Assembly: GCA_036172245.1 (NCBI GenBank)
Contig: JAYWIR010000020.1
Location: forward strand, 1,984,001-2,048,000
Direction of reading: 5' to 3'
DNA: 64,000 bases
Source of the DNA: Raillietiella orientalis
Lineage: Eukaryota
A program made the translations under genes and the position numbers. Below the pieces are notes generated by a model that was not told the origin of the DNA, searched no databases, and saw nothing but the letters and a program-made list of their open reading frames with translations. Shown here one piece after another: positions 50,901 to 63,490 of the stretch; position 1 is the first letter of the stretch, and each line of letters begins with the position of its first letter.

Positions 50901-53900
50901 GTGGCATGGTCGGTGCTCCAAGAGCTCCGTGAGCCCTCCTTAAAGAGACGAGCGGTTCTTCAGCACTCGGCAAACCAAAGGGAAAGCAAACGAAACTTTT
51001 CGTGAGGCTTCGTGACTTTTTGAAGACGAAGCGCGGGTGGGGATTCAGAAAAGTGACTTTCTTAAGGTAGCCTTTGTTGTTCTGGAGAGTCACCCCTATA
51101 AGTGGAAGAAAGAGATGGCGCGAAAGGAGACCCCCTCAGATCCGTTACCAAGGATGCCATCCGCTGACTCCGCGAAACAGTGAGCGAGATAAGACGGGGG
51201 GGAATGGGTACGAAACGAACAAACCTGGTGCGGATCAAAAATAGAAGCTGCGCCGGCAGGAAGCGGAAGCCCACGAGAAGTGAATCTGCCCTCTTCTCGC
51301 CGGAAGGACTGGACTCGGAAAGCTTTCTTGGTGTGATGGCGAGGCCAAGACTTTGGGCGAAGCTGGATCGGAAAGTGCTCTCGGAAGGGAATGCGGGTTG
51401 TCCGATGCCCCACCATCACTTTTAAGGAGGAGGGGAAGGAGGAGGAGGGACGTCCCGAAGAGCACAGCACCGTCGGGGCACCAGCAAGAATCCTTGGAGG
51501 CAACACCCCTTCCGAACGTTCCTCCTTCCGTTCTGACGGAATCGCTCGAGCGATTCCTTCGAGTCCTTCGATGGTCCCGGCTTATAGATGGTGGCGGCGG
51601 CTGGGGAGAAGTGGCGGAAACGCGGCCCCACTAGGCGCGCGCGCCTCGGCTGACCCCGACGCTCCCACACCCATCGTTTTCCTGCGAACCGCTCCTGACG
51701 TGCAGCTCCGGCTTCCCTTGGGAAAGTTCGCCGCGCCGTCCCCCTTGGCGCGCGTGCGCAGATCTGCGGCGGCTTTCGGGGTGGCACGCATGCGCTGCGC
51801 TCCCTTTCGTTCTGGTGAGCTCGCGAGCGAACGCTCTCTTCGAGCAAAGAACGAACTCTTTCGCTGGGCGCTGCTGCCCACCGGAAGCGGCACCAATCAG
51901 AACGGTTTGGGACACACCCGTGCGGTTCCCCCCACGACTCGAATCCCCTGGAAGCGAAGGGAATGCACCTTTTCCTTCAGGCCGTCTCCTCTCCCGACGG
52001 TCCTTGGCTGCAAGACGGACGGAAGCTGGGGGCGTCTTCGAAGAGGATTCACTTCACTGAGGTTGTCCCCCTCCCAAAGAAACTCTGTGGTTTCCAAACC
52101 CGCGGTAGTGCCTGCATCCTCCCCTAAACACATTTCTTATTTTCCTCTCGAGAGCTCAACCAGGCAACAGTAGCGGAAGAAAGAAAGCCAAAGCCGAGCG
52201 AGATGAAACGGAGAGTGAAATGGCACGGAGAGGAAGTCGTGGCAGCAGGAGTCACGCGTCTTCATCAACGAGGAACCTCGCTGGTTGGTTGGTTAATCGA
52301 AGGTGAGCACGGCGACAAGCAAAGCGAGAAAGTCATCCGGTTTTGCTCCCCCTCCCCTAATTCGTGTGCAACGGGAGCGTGTTCCTATAATTCCCAACTT
52401 CTTCCCCTGCTTGGTTCGCTCCGTCGAACGGGCTTCCCTGCTGGGAACCTTTGCACTGGGAGAAACCAGGTTCATTTTTTTGGTCCAAGAGCGCCCCGTG
52501 CTCAGCATCGGGCCGCCCTGCCACGTTTCGTAGATCAGCGCCAGGTCAGGGCGAGGACGAGGCAGCAACCGGGCGCGTCATTCGATTCCGTCGGCAGCTC
52601 TGAGGACCAGAACCCCACGGCGCGCGGCTCCTAGGGACGACCAAACTGCGGTGCTCCATTGATCGACAGGCGAGGCGGTGCGGGTGGGTTCGTTGCGACC
52701 CACCTCGTGCGGAGCGGGAAGCTGGATGCTGTTGCTGACTGCAACGGCAGAAGAACCCCTCAGAATTTCGAGAAAGATCTTCCCGTCCCAGCGCCGCACG
52801 AGACTCCGGAATCCCAAACCAGCAAAGCAAATCCAGGAATCCGGAGGCAATCGAAAGATTCAGCATCATTCAGCAATCACGAACAGAGAGGATCGCGACC
52901 GTGGTTGCTGGAGGCGTCACAGGAGTACTGGCAACATTAGAGGAAAGGCATGCAGCTGATGGGAGAAAGATACTTTCGAACATCCGAAAAAGATTTCCTT
53001 TGTCACGTGAATGATGCAGATGCATTTCTTTTTTAAAAAAAAGAAACGAAGGAGGATGCAGAATCTGAGACAGGTTTTCGGTTGGCAGGATGGAACAGGA
53101 ACGGGATGAAATCACGAAGTCGCCTTCGTCACATCACGTGGTAAAGAATTCCAAGACGCGTTGCTGTTTTGGCGCGCCCCGCTACGCCATCGAATCGGTA
53201 TCACTGGGAATGGTTACGATGGGAACACGCAGCAAACGTGATGGCGCGAGGAGTTATCGAATCACTCGTATGTGGCAGCTGTCTCGTATGTGACGGCTTC
53301 CGTGGACTTGCTGATGAACAAAGATAGCCAGCTGAGGCCGTTCCAGTATCCGTAGGGCCCTCCTCAAAACCCGATGGATTCCGTCAGGAAAGCTCCCTTT
53401 TTCCTCCCCCTTCGTGAGCAGCCTTTTAGACAACCAGTACACGAGACCAGCTCCGGAAGTGGCAATCCTGCGTGCTGCATGATCACTTTCCGAATTCTGG
53501 CTACCAAAAATAGGATATATAACGTGCTATCATTTACGATCCATCACTTTGAATGGTGCTGTTTTTTTTCTTTCTTTTTTTTCCAAATAAAGGATCAGAT
53601 GCAACAAAGACGGCGTATTGTACAGTCGTACAGTTCAGAATTCGTGTAACGTCCCCTGGATCAGAAATCTTCACGTGGTTCTTCGTTATTCTCTTTGCTT
53701 TTGCTAATTCCACCGCCATCTATCAACTGAGCTTGAAAGCCTCGTGGATCGTGAATAGCGGGGGTCTGGAAACGTGTAGGTAAACCGCTCGTCTTCACGT
53801 TCTCCTTGGAGACATTCGTTCTTGCCACCTAAGGTACACCGGATCCTACCAACCTGCCTAAAGACCTAAAGAACAGGATGCCCGTATCACAAGAGCATTT

Positions 53901-56900
53901 GCCGTTCCGATTCGTGGCACACTCTGCAGGAAATCTGTGTCTCGGGCGTGGTTTCGAGGGACCGAATGAAAGGATTCAAACAAACAAACGCGCGCACACA
54001 CACAAAAAAAAACTCCTTTTCTTGTCCTTCACGAAACATCAATCGAATTTCACTCCTCAAAGCAACAAAGACCTGGACTTTTCGCCTGCATTTTCATACG
54101 TTTGAGTTCCGCGACATTCATCGATACGTCAGGACGCCTGACGACGTTCTATTTCGTATGCTTGAGACTCTTTGACCTATCGCGACCTGGTATCCGTGCT
54201 TGGACTGTCCGAACAGAACGCTGTGAAGCCTCGGCAGCGTCGAAATCTCGGCACGACCACTAACAGACTATGCAGGGACGCGCGCGCACCTCACCCACCC
54301 CACCCCTCTCTCTGCAGCAGTGCGACGCGTGAGAAGGTTGCGGTCCATCTCACTCTTTGCTCTTCCACGCGTTGAGTTCCCTCTGCAGACGTTTTCGGTT
54401 CGAGGAGCTCCTCCGAAGAAACTGGAATTTCGAAAAGAGATCCGAACCTGCGGATGCCTGCAAGGGATGCCCTCACTCTGTCTACGTGTCCCACGGGCGG
54501 CGAGACGATTTTTCGGAATCGCGTTACCCACCGAGCAGCATCGTCGTGAAAGTTCCCCTCGCGAACGCGAGGAAGGTGCGCTGGAAGGATGCGTGTTCAG
54601 CGGCGTCGAAGCTACAACCACCCATTCATGCCACTGCCATACTATTCTAAACCGGAAGAGGTCTGAATTCACATTTCGATACGGAAAACGTGATAAGGAA
54701 AGAGAATGCGCAGAGACGGACGACGACAAAGCCTCCGACGTATTATCTTTCTACCCTGAATCTTTCGTGGATTCGGTTGCACAAACGTGTAGGTCCTCTT
54801 ACACGATTGCAGAAAGGGAGGGAGGCATCTTAGCTGTAAACAGGGGCTTTGCCATCGAACGTGGCGATTATCTACGCATGCAATTGGGACTGACGAATTT
54901 ACTGAAGGGCTGCTTTATACGTTGGCTGGCTGTTTCGACAGTCGAATAGGCCGTAGGAATCATTGCCGAAGACTTTCAGGACCAGCCTGCGGAGACGCCA
55001 ATCGGACCTCCACCTCGCCGTTTTCAGGCAGCATCGCCTTCGCATCTCCGTTCGAGTCGGAAGCATTCCGGTGAATCCGCAGAATGAGAATACAGTGGTA
55101 CCTCGGGGCACTCGTCGGGAATTCGCTCTGGAACTCGTGACGAGTGCTGAAACCGACGAGTACAGGACGAGTTCCTTTCTAGACTTCGGGGTATCATTTT
55201 TAACCATTTTAGGACCCAGGATTAACGCTTGAAATGCGAAGAGAGCAAAGAAAAGGAGAGGATTCGAGAGGCCCCCTATAAGGAAGTGTTCGGCACCGTT
55301 CGCGAGCTACCATGAGATGAAAGCATCCACTTGTTCCATCATGAGAGCGGGATTCGAGTTTCGAGCATGCGCCGCCAAGTGTCGAAACTTTTTTCCCTCG
55401 TCAAAATGCGACGAGTACTGAATCTGACGAGTTCTGACGCCGTCGGGTGCCGAGGTACCACTGTACTTGAATCCATTCACGCCAGCAATTCTACAGAGGG
55501 AACCCTTTGCTTCTGGTCCCCTTGCCTCATCAAACCTTTCCTCCCTCCCTCTCTCTCTTTCATTCTGTTCTTCAGCCTGTAGGCTGCCTCTTTTGATAAC
55601 CGGAGAACGTTTCGCGTAATTGGGTAGGATCGTCATCACCGTAGTGATCAAAAACGAAAACGAAAAAAGAAAAGTCAGCAAAGGGATTTTTTTGTCATCA
55701 CAACTGTTCCGCCAGCACAGATGACCGAAAAACAGCAACGGCCTACAAGCGTAGAATCTGTCTCCTTTTTTTGAGCACCGTAACTTTTCTATCGTAGAAC
55801 TTCTGTGGAAGGAAGCTTCTGATCTGGAGGGTGCAGCGCTTGTGTTTAGGTGGCAATCATGTTTTATTTATCCTTTCTCCTTCTTCCTTGCTTTATGCTG
55901 ACATCAGGAAAGATTCCATTCATGCGACATTTAAGATGTGCCAGTTGTTTACCTTTCAGCTGCCGATGACCCCTTTGCGACCACGTTCAAACAAACCCCA
56001 GGGAGCCCAGTGCATCCACTACAGCTTGGATTCCCTTTGAGGCGCTTAGAAATGCTGTGAAGATTGTAAATTATTGAATCGCTCTTCCTTGGAGTATTTG
56101 GGAATTTCGATTTAGATTCGGAGAGATAGTGTTCGAGACATTTGGATTTGGCGCACGATTTTTTGCTTTGTGTGTGTGTATGTGTGTGGAACTGTATTGG
56201 GTTTTTTTTTATGTCATCACCGTGAATGAGAGAGCGAAATTGTCTATCCGGAGTTCGAGACGGCTAGGTAAACGTTGCTGGGCAACTGAACATTCAACCC
56301 AGGTCACGGCAGATTACGCGGGGAGCGCGGAAAAGATTCCAAGTTAATCGCAATTTTGCGAAGACGTGCCTCGGCTCCGTACTTGCGTGTATGAGCATCT
56401 CTGTGGTGATGAAAGTTGAGGAAATCAAGTGAAGTAACTTGGTTTCCTTCGATCTCACTGAGCGAAACAGTTTCTTGCCCGTACGGCTTGCGCTTACGAA
56501 CAACGTAAGCGAAGTGAAGCGGGGGAATAATTGGAATTGGAACGAAAAGAAAGAAAAGAAAAAAAAACACGAAGCGGGAATCATCGATTAGAGCGAGTTG
56601 TAAGCAAGTTAGTGGAGTCGAAATGGGACGGTGTTAAATAGTCAAGGCGATCGCAACGAGCCGAAATGTACCTCGTTGCTGGGCGTCACTAGGGGCGTTG
56701 CCTTCCTCGTGAACCGAATGAAGGATTGAGGAATGACCGGCAGCACACGCTTCCTTCATCTATGGCCCGAGAATAATCGGCAACAAAGCGATATCCGCGC
56801 AACAATCATGTTCGCAACAATGAGCGCGGAGTGGAACGACCTCGATCCTCCTCCATTGTTGAGAAAACGCAACTGCCTCCTCTGCTGGTCAGACGGGGCA

Positions 56901-57291
56901 CCAAGGGCAGAGCCACGAGGAACGCGTTTCTGCGCTGCCCTCCTAGAGCTAACACGGAGGCTGGGAGTCGCATTCGCATTCCGTGGGGGATGGGGGATGC
57001 GGAGAGCAGGAATGACGCGCAGGTATCCAGGACGGAGCCCGCAAAAAAGCAAAGCGCTTACAGGAGACGAAGCGATCTTGTAGACGTTGATCCTCAGAGT
57101 TCGGTTGGTGGCTGCCATCCCAGATCTGAAGACCTGCTCGTTTTGCATGTCGCTGGTCGTAATCATTCCAGGCAAGACGTGATTGTGCAGGACATCTTCG
57201 ATTCTTACCTCGTCGCCCATGACGTTCTGCAGAGTGGCCAGAGGCAGCAGGGCGAATGCTTCGTCCGAAGGGGCGAAGAAAGTGAACGGCC
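44991..57291 (-). CDS. Fasciclin (FAS1) domain protein, TGFBI/periostin/midline-fasciclin-like; 3' five exons only, upstream exons not resolved
   Basis: Phase-consistent GT-AG exons 57062-57291, 49316-49460, 45517-45666, 45318-45443, 44991-45121 give two FAS1 domains. Domain 1: GPFTFFAPSDEAF...VLHNHVLPG...LRINVY...TVNG...PNGVVHIIDGILFP. Domain 2: GPGPFTVFAPVPQAF...LLYHVVPG...ATVNEV...DIPATNGVIHLIE. Confidence 0.9.
46600..48200 (-). mobile_element. Degenerate LINE ORF2 (endonuclease C-terminus to RT N-terminus) in a FAS1 intron
   Basis: EIPRLGPGKNR (RGPG.W.N-like), then LLLPRLAKSGKDVNFSFFRNWKRFPLC (PKxGKD...NWRPISL-like). Confidence 0.55.
50105..51000 (+). mobile_element. tRNA-headed SINE-like repeat, copy E, with duplicated head
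   Basis: B-box GGTTCGAATCC at 50155-50165 and GGTTCGAATTCC at 50759-50770, each preceded by CTCCATGAGGCTGCGGTC; body homologous to copies A-D. Confidence 0.75.
52330..52860 (-). mobile_element. L1/Tx1-like APE endonuclease N-terminal fragment
   Basis: SWICFAGLG...RRWDGKIFLEIL...QWSTAVWSSLGAARRGVLVL resembles SWNVRGL...KR..+F..L...W...WS....RGV.+L. Confidence 0.65.
53100..55600 (-). mobile_element. Two or more degenerate LINE RT N-terminal fragments
   Basis: KGSFPDGIHRVL...LAIFVHQ (KxPGxDG...L..+F) near 53,380; MVKNDTPKSRK and CGFTGMLPTR (Q.GF..GR-like) near 55,070-55,200. Confidence 0.5.
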
Positions 57292-59699
57292 CTGCAAAGA
57301 TGCAGCAACATTGGCGGAGGTCCGCGGGCTGACTCTTTCGACAAGCGCGACCGACCTCGAGCATCCTCCCCTACGTGAGAAGGGTCTCTCTTTCCCCTCA
57401 GCTTGACAAGTGCTTGGCAAGGTCATTCCTCGCTCGATACCGGCGGCGTGAACGAGCGATGGTGTGGGGGGAGGGGGGGGGGTGTAGCGACGAAAAGGGT
57501 GGTCATCGAGTCATGCTAGGGAGCAGATCACGGAAAGGGAAAGGTGTAAGGAGGCGGGAAAAAGATGAGCAGCCGCTTCATCTCTCAGACACCTTCGTAA
57601 GTACTTTTTTGGAGCTTTGGAAAAATTCCGTGAGATGGTAAGAGCAGCGCTTTCCCAGGAAGGACTTCCCTGGACTAGCTCCTCTTCACGTGCATGAAGG
57701 CTGGGTGGGTGGTGGATCAGGGGTGAACAGGTGACGCCGGTTTCGTGCTTAAGAGAAGATCCAAGACTCCAAGATCTAGTGTAACAAGAGGTGTTGCCGC
57801 ATCTCCGGAAGCTTCTGGAGAGACGCGGCGACCGTAGCGATTCCGGCCGGGGTGAGATGCTCCGAGCCAACAAGGAGAAGTGGCTTCCGTGCCCTTTAGG
57901 AGAGAGAATCCCTCCTCTCCCACTCAAAGAGTCACCTCTTGTGTCCTGGAGGTCGCGACGCCCGGTGCCAGCTGGAGGTCTCAGCCTGCCTGCGACGCGA
58001 GGCGAGGCTGCTCAGTCAGAGGGAGGAGGGAGGGAGAGCGCTGGGTGGGGCGAGGCGCAGGAAGGAGGGCAGCAGCTCGTCTCTCGTCGGGTTTCAGCCA
58101 GTGAGCGAGGCGGAAGGAGAGGATGAGAGGGGGAGGGGTCCGGTTTGCTCGCGCACCTGGGAGCGCCTCTCTGGGACGCCTCCCGTGAAGACTGGGGGGG
58201 TTCCCTTCCCGGGAAAACTTCGAATGCGCGACGACGCCAGTCCTGAGACGCGAGTGTTCGTTCCCCAGTGCTTGCGGGAAGGCCACGCTGCGACGGATCC
58301 CACCGAACCGGCTCCTTACTTTTTTTTTTTCCCCTCTTCTCCTTCCTCCCCAGAGGGAACACGAAATCACTCCGCGTCGTCGGGAAACGGCTGGACCTCC
58401 TTTCTTTTCGTCCCCTCGCCAAACCGAAGGTCAAGTGCGGGTCAGCGTACATGGCTCTACAGGACGTCCTCTAAAGTCATCTCTCCCTCAGGGAACAGAA
58501 CGCGAGCCACTCGAAAGGCAGGGAGAGAGGAACGCGAACCAAAACTTTCGGCCATTTCAGCACTTTGCGTGATGCAGAGGAGGGAGCGGCAAGGGCACCA
58601 AGGCGACGGCATTGTTGAACGAGGGCATTGTTGACGCCTGCTATTTTTGGGGCTGCGACCGAGCTTGCCCACAAATGCACAGTACTCGCTAGCTCGACGC
58701 ACCTAATGGTGTAATACCCGAAATTATTATTATTATCAAAGGTGAAAAGATGGTTGGGCTGCACTGCTGCTTCGTTTTCTTCCTTCCCATTCTTTTCGTG
58801 CTTGGATTTTTTCTTGAAGGAAGTCGAGGATGCCGTCAGCTACAGACTCACGCCTGTGAGGGACAGGGATGCCAACTGACTACGCACGCGCGAGCTCCCG
58901 GCATTTGTCTCCACATCCTCTCTCACTTTTCACATGAATCTCACAATCTCCCCGGTTCCTCCTCTCGTCGTTATGACGACGACGACGACGACGTATGAGC
59001 GCACGACGATTCACCATGACGATGGCGATTCCAGTCCATTCACGTATATGATCAGCCTTCTGCACGTATGACAAAGGCACGCATTCTCGGAACTCTGGGA
59101 ACCATTTCCAACCATTTCACCTCTTGAATTCTCGTGCAGTCCTGTGTGTATATGTGTGTGTGTGTGTGTTTTCTTCAGGTACGGGTCAGCGAAGTTTGCA
59201 AGCACTCATGGGGATTGCATAGGTAGCGCTGCATGTCACTTCTGGTGCTCCTGGACGGTACTGGATTTGATTTTTTTTTTTTCGATGGTGATCAATTCCG
59301 GTGTGCTAATGCTGATTGCTCTCGTTACCGGGGCTGCGCCAGCCACTTTACAACATCTAGTTAAATGCATGATTTACTTGAACCGCGGTCTTCTTTCATA
59401 TGAAATCCATGGCTTGTTGATCCAATTCCTATTTCCAGACCCATTGCGTGCGTTTCCCCGCCAGCTAACTGTCCAGGGACTTGGAAGTTGATTTCTCGTT
59501 CTCGGGTGTGCGATCCACTTTTATCTTTTTGCTTCTGTTGCTTCCGCATCTCGTTTGGAATTTGCTTCGCACCGTCACATTTCTTCCTCTCCGTGGAAAG
59601 CTCGCCATCGCCTCCTTTCTGTAAGCGACGCTTTCCTCTGGAATTCAGATGACGACCTCTCCTCAAACTCACGGGTGGCAACCTTACGCTTAAGCACGT

Positions 59700-60700
59700 T
59701 GCCTACCGTAAGAGTTCACGTGGAGATTTTCAAAATTCCCGCAGAGTATGTTAAAAATCGATGTGCGATGAGAAAATGAAGCCGTGGTGTGTGATGACAA
59801 GAATGACGGAAACACCAGGGGAAAAAGATCAGCTGCCCGCGGGTGCTAAGGTCGACCGACTTCTTCGTGGGGCCTTTGATCGGCAGGATCAGAAACTCTT
59901 CGGTTCGAAACGCCAATCTGAACTGAGACGAGATCGCGCGATGTTGACTCTGAATGCCCCAACGACAGAAAACGGCAGCAAAAGTCTCGAGGATGGGTAC
60001 GGCGGTCCTGCCCAAATTGACCCCAAAACCAGAAACTCTGAGACCGGAGAAGGATGCAACGGGGACTTGCTCTCGTACGAAACTGCGCGAGCGGTGCTCG
60101 GAGCCTCTGCCGAAAAGGAAGAACCACGAACCACAGCTGTGAACCTCAACCGATGCTTCGGCAAAGAACAGCACCGCGTTCCTCCATCCCGATGCATCTT
60201 TACTGTCCAACATTCTAATCTGCGTTTATCAAATGACAGCAGCACAAAAAAGATCACTGAAGCAAAAAAGTGTTAAAAACTGTAAAGATGAACCAAGAAA
60301 AGTGGATGAAGACTGACGAATTTTTGCATAATGTGGGTTTGTCGCTCTGTACAGAAAAGAACCACGCATATTCGACTGCAACCTGAGAAGGACGTGGGCA
60401 AAGGAGAGAAACGGAAGGCAAACACGGTTGCTGCTGCTGGGAGCATCGATCGGTAACAACACAAACATCTCTGAGGAATTTCGGTCTTTTGGCTGATGTT
60501 TGGACTCGCATTCCGGACACCGCACGCACACGACGAATGCCGCAAATTCATTAAAAAACACATCATAAGCAAACTGCATAGAAGCCCTCGCACGCGTGCG
60601 CCATCAAAGGGAAACGTGAAGATCCCGCTTCTGGCCACAATGTTTCGGACCGAGGGCATGGGAGACCGTAAGAAGAAGGAAAGCCGACATCGTGTCTTTT
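59700..60700 (-). mobile_element. Degenerate LINE ORF2 (endonuclease to RT N-terminus)
   Basis: VARSGIFTFPF (D.WR....FT+-like), VPILETFAAVF...FLILPIKGPTKKSVDLSTRG (PxL..+F...PKKG..D-like). Confidence 0.5.
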
Positions 60701-62087
60701 CCTCTAACACGGGGATCCGCATTCCGGGAACACGCGTACCGCACGGGAACGGGAATACTTACTCGAGAGGTTGAGACTCAGGTCCATGCCTACTTTTTGC
60801 ATGAGTCCAAGGATGATGGTGAGCTTGTGACTGTTCTTCAGCAAATCAAACACCGTTCCTGTCCTCGCGCTGAATGCCCACCGTGGACTCTGACTTTTTT
60901 TTTCATGGAGGTTCGCTCGTATTATCTCACCACTTACCAAATTTCGATTGTAGGCAAATCCCTCATTAGAAGAATTTGCTTTGAAGTCAATGAGCATTCC
61001 CAGGGACGCTAATACAAGGAAGAAATTCGCTACCCACATGTGGCTCGGATTACTCAAATTTATGCCACAACTTCTCTCTTAGTAATTCAATGGCACTTGT
61101 GTGGAATTCTTCCTAAAGAAATTGCACTCGGTTGTTTCACTTTCGCTTTCATTCTTAAATTATGCTGAGTAGAAAATGAAATGCGTATACCCTTGGTATC
61201 TCTCTGAGCTTCCTCAAAATGTTAGTGATTGACGGTGGGTGATGCACAGCCATACCGCTTTTTTCTGGCCATACGAAAATCGGATGGTAGTCACCATTTG
61301 TGACAGTTTTCTTACTGCAACTGTGTGGAGAAAGCATCAATCATTCTTCTTTTCTTTTCTTTCGTTTTTCTTTTTTTTTTTTTTCTTCCCCCCCCCCCCC
61401 CAGCTCTCTCTCTCTCTCTCTCTTTTCTTTTTTTTCCTTATTTCGAGCTTTCGCTCTTGGGTTCACTTTCGAATCTCGTGATTTGAATGGACTGGAAAAG
61501 TATGCCATTCGAACACTTTCACACATCAACAGCACATGTTCGAGAAGGACACACATTTATGACTCCTCAAGAAGGATCTCGCGATGTTTGGTTTTCGGAA
61601 CCACGGAAACTGTGAGCCGTCGGTTCGTGCTGTTTGCTCTGCCCAGCAAACAGGCTCGACGCGAACTCCGCGTCCAATTTCGACTCTCTACCACTTTCCG
61701 ATTCATCCTGAAGTAAAGAACGAGCTGATGCAGCGGTTGCCACGATCTAATGGAACAGTTAGAATGTGTGTGTTTGCAGGAAATCATCGATCGATTCTGC
61801 ACGCACATGCAAATGCAAAAAGATCATCGAAAAGCAGGAGACACGGGAAATTCAAGATGGCGACCAAACAAGCTCGTTAGCCTACTCTAGGCGAGGTTCC
61901 CACTTTGGAACGAAGTCCAGTAAACATCAGCAGCTCGCGCCGGAAGAAGAAAAAAAGATGTGAAAATGTACGTGAATTCCAGAGGCATAATTCTGGAGGT
62001 TTCTCAGCATTATACAGAGGTGCTCATATCCTGACAAAGATACCAAGAGGGATGAAATCTGGCTCAGAGCACACCAGAGGTAGGGGG

Positions 62088-62090
<3 letters not shown>

Positions 62091-62122
<32 letters not shown>
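62091..62122. repeat. (AG)16 microsatellite
   Basis: Direct reading. Confidence 0.95.
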
Positions 62123-62127
<5 letters not shown>

Positions 62128-62995
62128 ACGAAAACAGTCACTTGTTATCCTTCTGCATAGCGGAGAAACGCAGCTGAGATCTTCCCAGTATGCGAAGCAA
62201 GAAATGAGGAACGAGGTTTCCAATGGAGTCTGTAAAATTTTAATCTTGCATCTTCGATTGCATAAATCAGTAACGGTTTGTTCACACCGATAAAGCAGGC
62301 ACTTTTTGTGGCAGTTCTGCGCCGCTGGTGCGCATTCAGTTAAAGAACAGACGGTTTGTTTTTGTTTTTTCTGTCCCCCACCCACCCCATCTAAAGAACA
62401 ACTTCAAAAGCAAGTGGTGAGCAGTGAAAACAACTCGCATTGTGTGCTGCGAAGGTTCCGTCATGCAGAGTTTTCGTCCCACAAACATCGGAATGAAAGC
62501 CAACAGAAACCGGAAATGAGCAAGCACCCCCGGAAAAAGAAAACGAAAAGGTGTATCCTTCCTCAGGACTCGGTTCGTTTGCAATCACGGACTCTCAGAT
62601 CACCGGGGTGGTGAAAGGATTGTGTGTTCCTCCTCTCCGTCCCGGAAACGGTGCCGTAAGCGCGGAAAAACTTTAGCACGCAAACTGCAACGAAAAAGGA
62701 CGGGGAAACTGCAAGTTGCTGAATGGAGGGGGCAGAGAGACGCGGTGACCCCCGCAAGCAGCCACGGATTCTTGATGATGATTGAAATCAAATAGCAACA
62801 AACGTATCGAACTCGAAGATGCACACGCCCTTTTGTGTTCGTCTCCCCGTCCCTGGAACCTGAGGTGTACTCGTGCTGGCATCGTTCCTGATGAAACAAA
62901 TGGACTCGAAAGTTGAGATCCGTATCTTCTCTTCGACGAAACTGAGGCTGGAAACAATTTCTGGAAAGTATCACGGTGCGGCGCCGCGAACGGAA

Positions 62996-63028
<33 letters not shown>

Positions 63029-63409
63029 CAGAAGCCATCACTCAGAGTAACGACTTGGCGAAGAGGCGCACATTCCTCCTGATCCGGAAGGTCGTGACGA
63101 GCAGCCTGGAAAAAGGGAGAGCGGGCGCGGAACGCACGCGCGCCATCGGATTGAGCATTCGGACCCGTTTTTCGGCGGGACGGCTCCGCCGCCCGTGCTG
63201 AGAGTGAGGTGGGCACTTTGGAAACGCGAAGGAAGGGAGGAGAGGGGGAGGGAACAGAATGGTTAATACAGAGGATTTTCAAGAGATGGCAGGAAACCGC
63301 AGACTGACGAGCTCGTGCTGCTCACTCCTCTCATCAGGCACGCACCGCTCGGATAGAATCGAAAGCCTTAAACAGAAACAAAGTGTCAAGACGTCAAAGA
63401 TCTTTGCAG

Positions 63410-63490
63410 CATCACCATCACCACCACCATGATCATCGTCATCACCGCAACCATCACCATCACCATCGCCATCATCATCACCGTCATCAT
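63410..63490. repeat. Imperfect (CAT/CAC)n trinucleotide repeat
   Basis: catcaccatcaccaccaccatgatcatcgtcatcacc... Confidence 0.85.

Noticed and set aside
58440..58700. Signal-peptide or first exon of the FAS1 gene (MPSFNNAVALV...; EMTLEDVL*SHV)
   Set aside because: Requires frameshifts and contains a stop; no phase-compatible donor identified.
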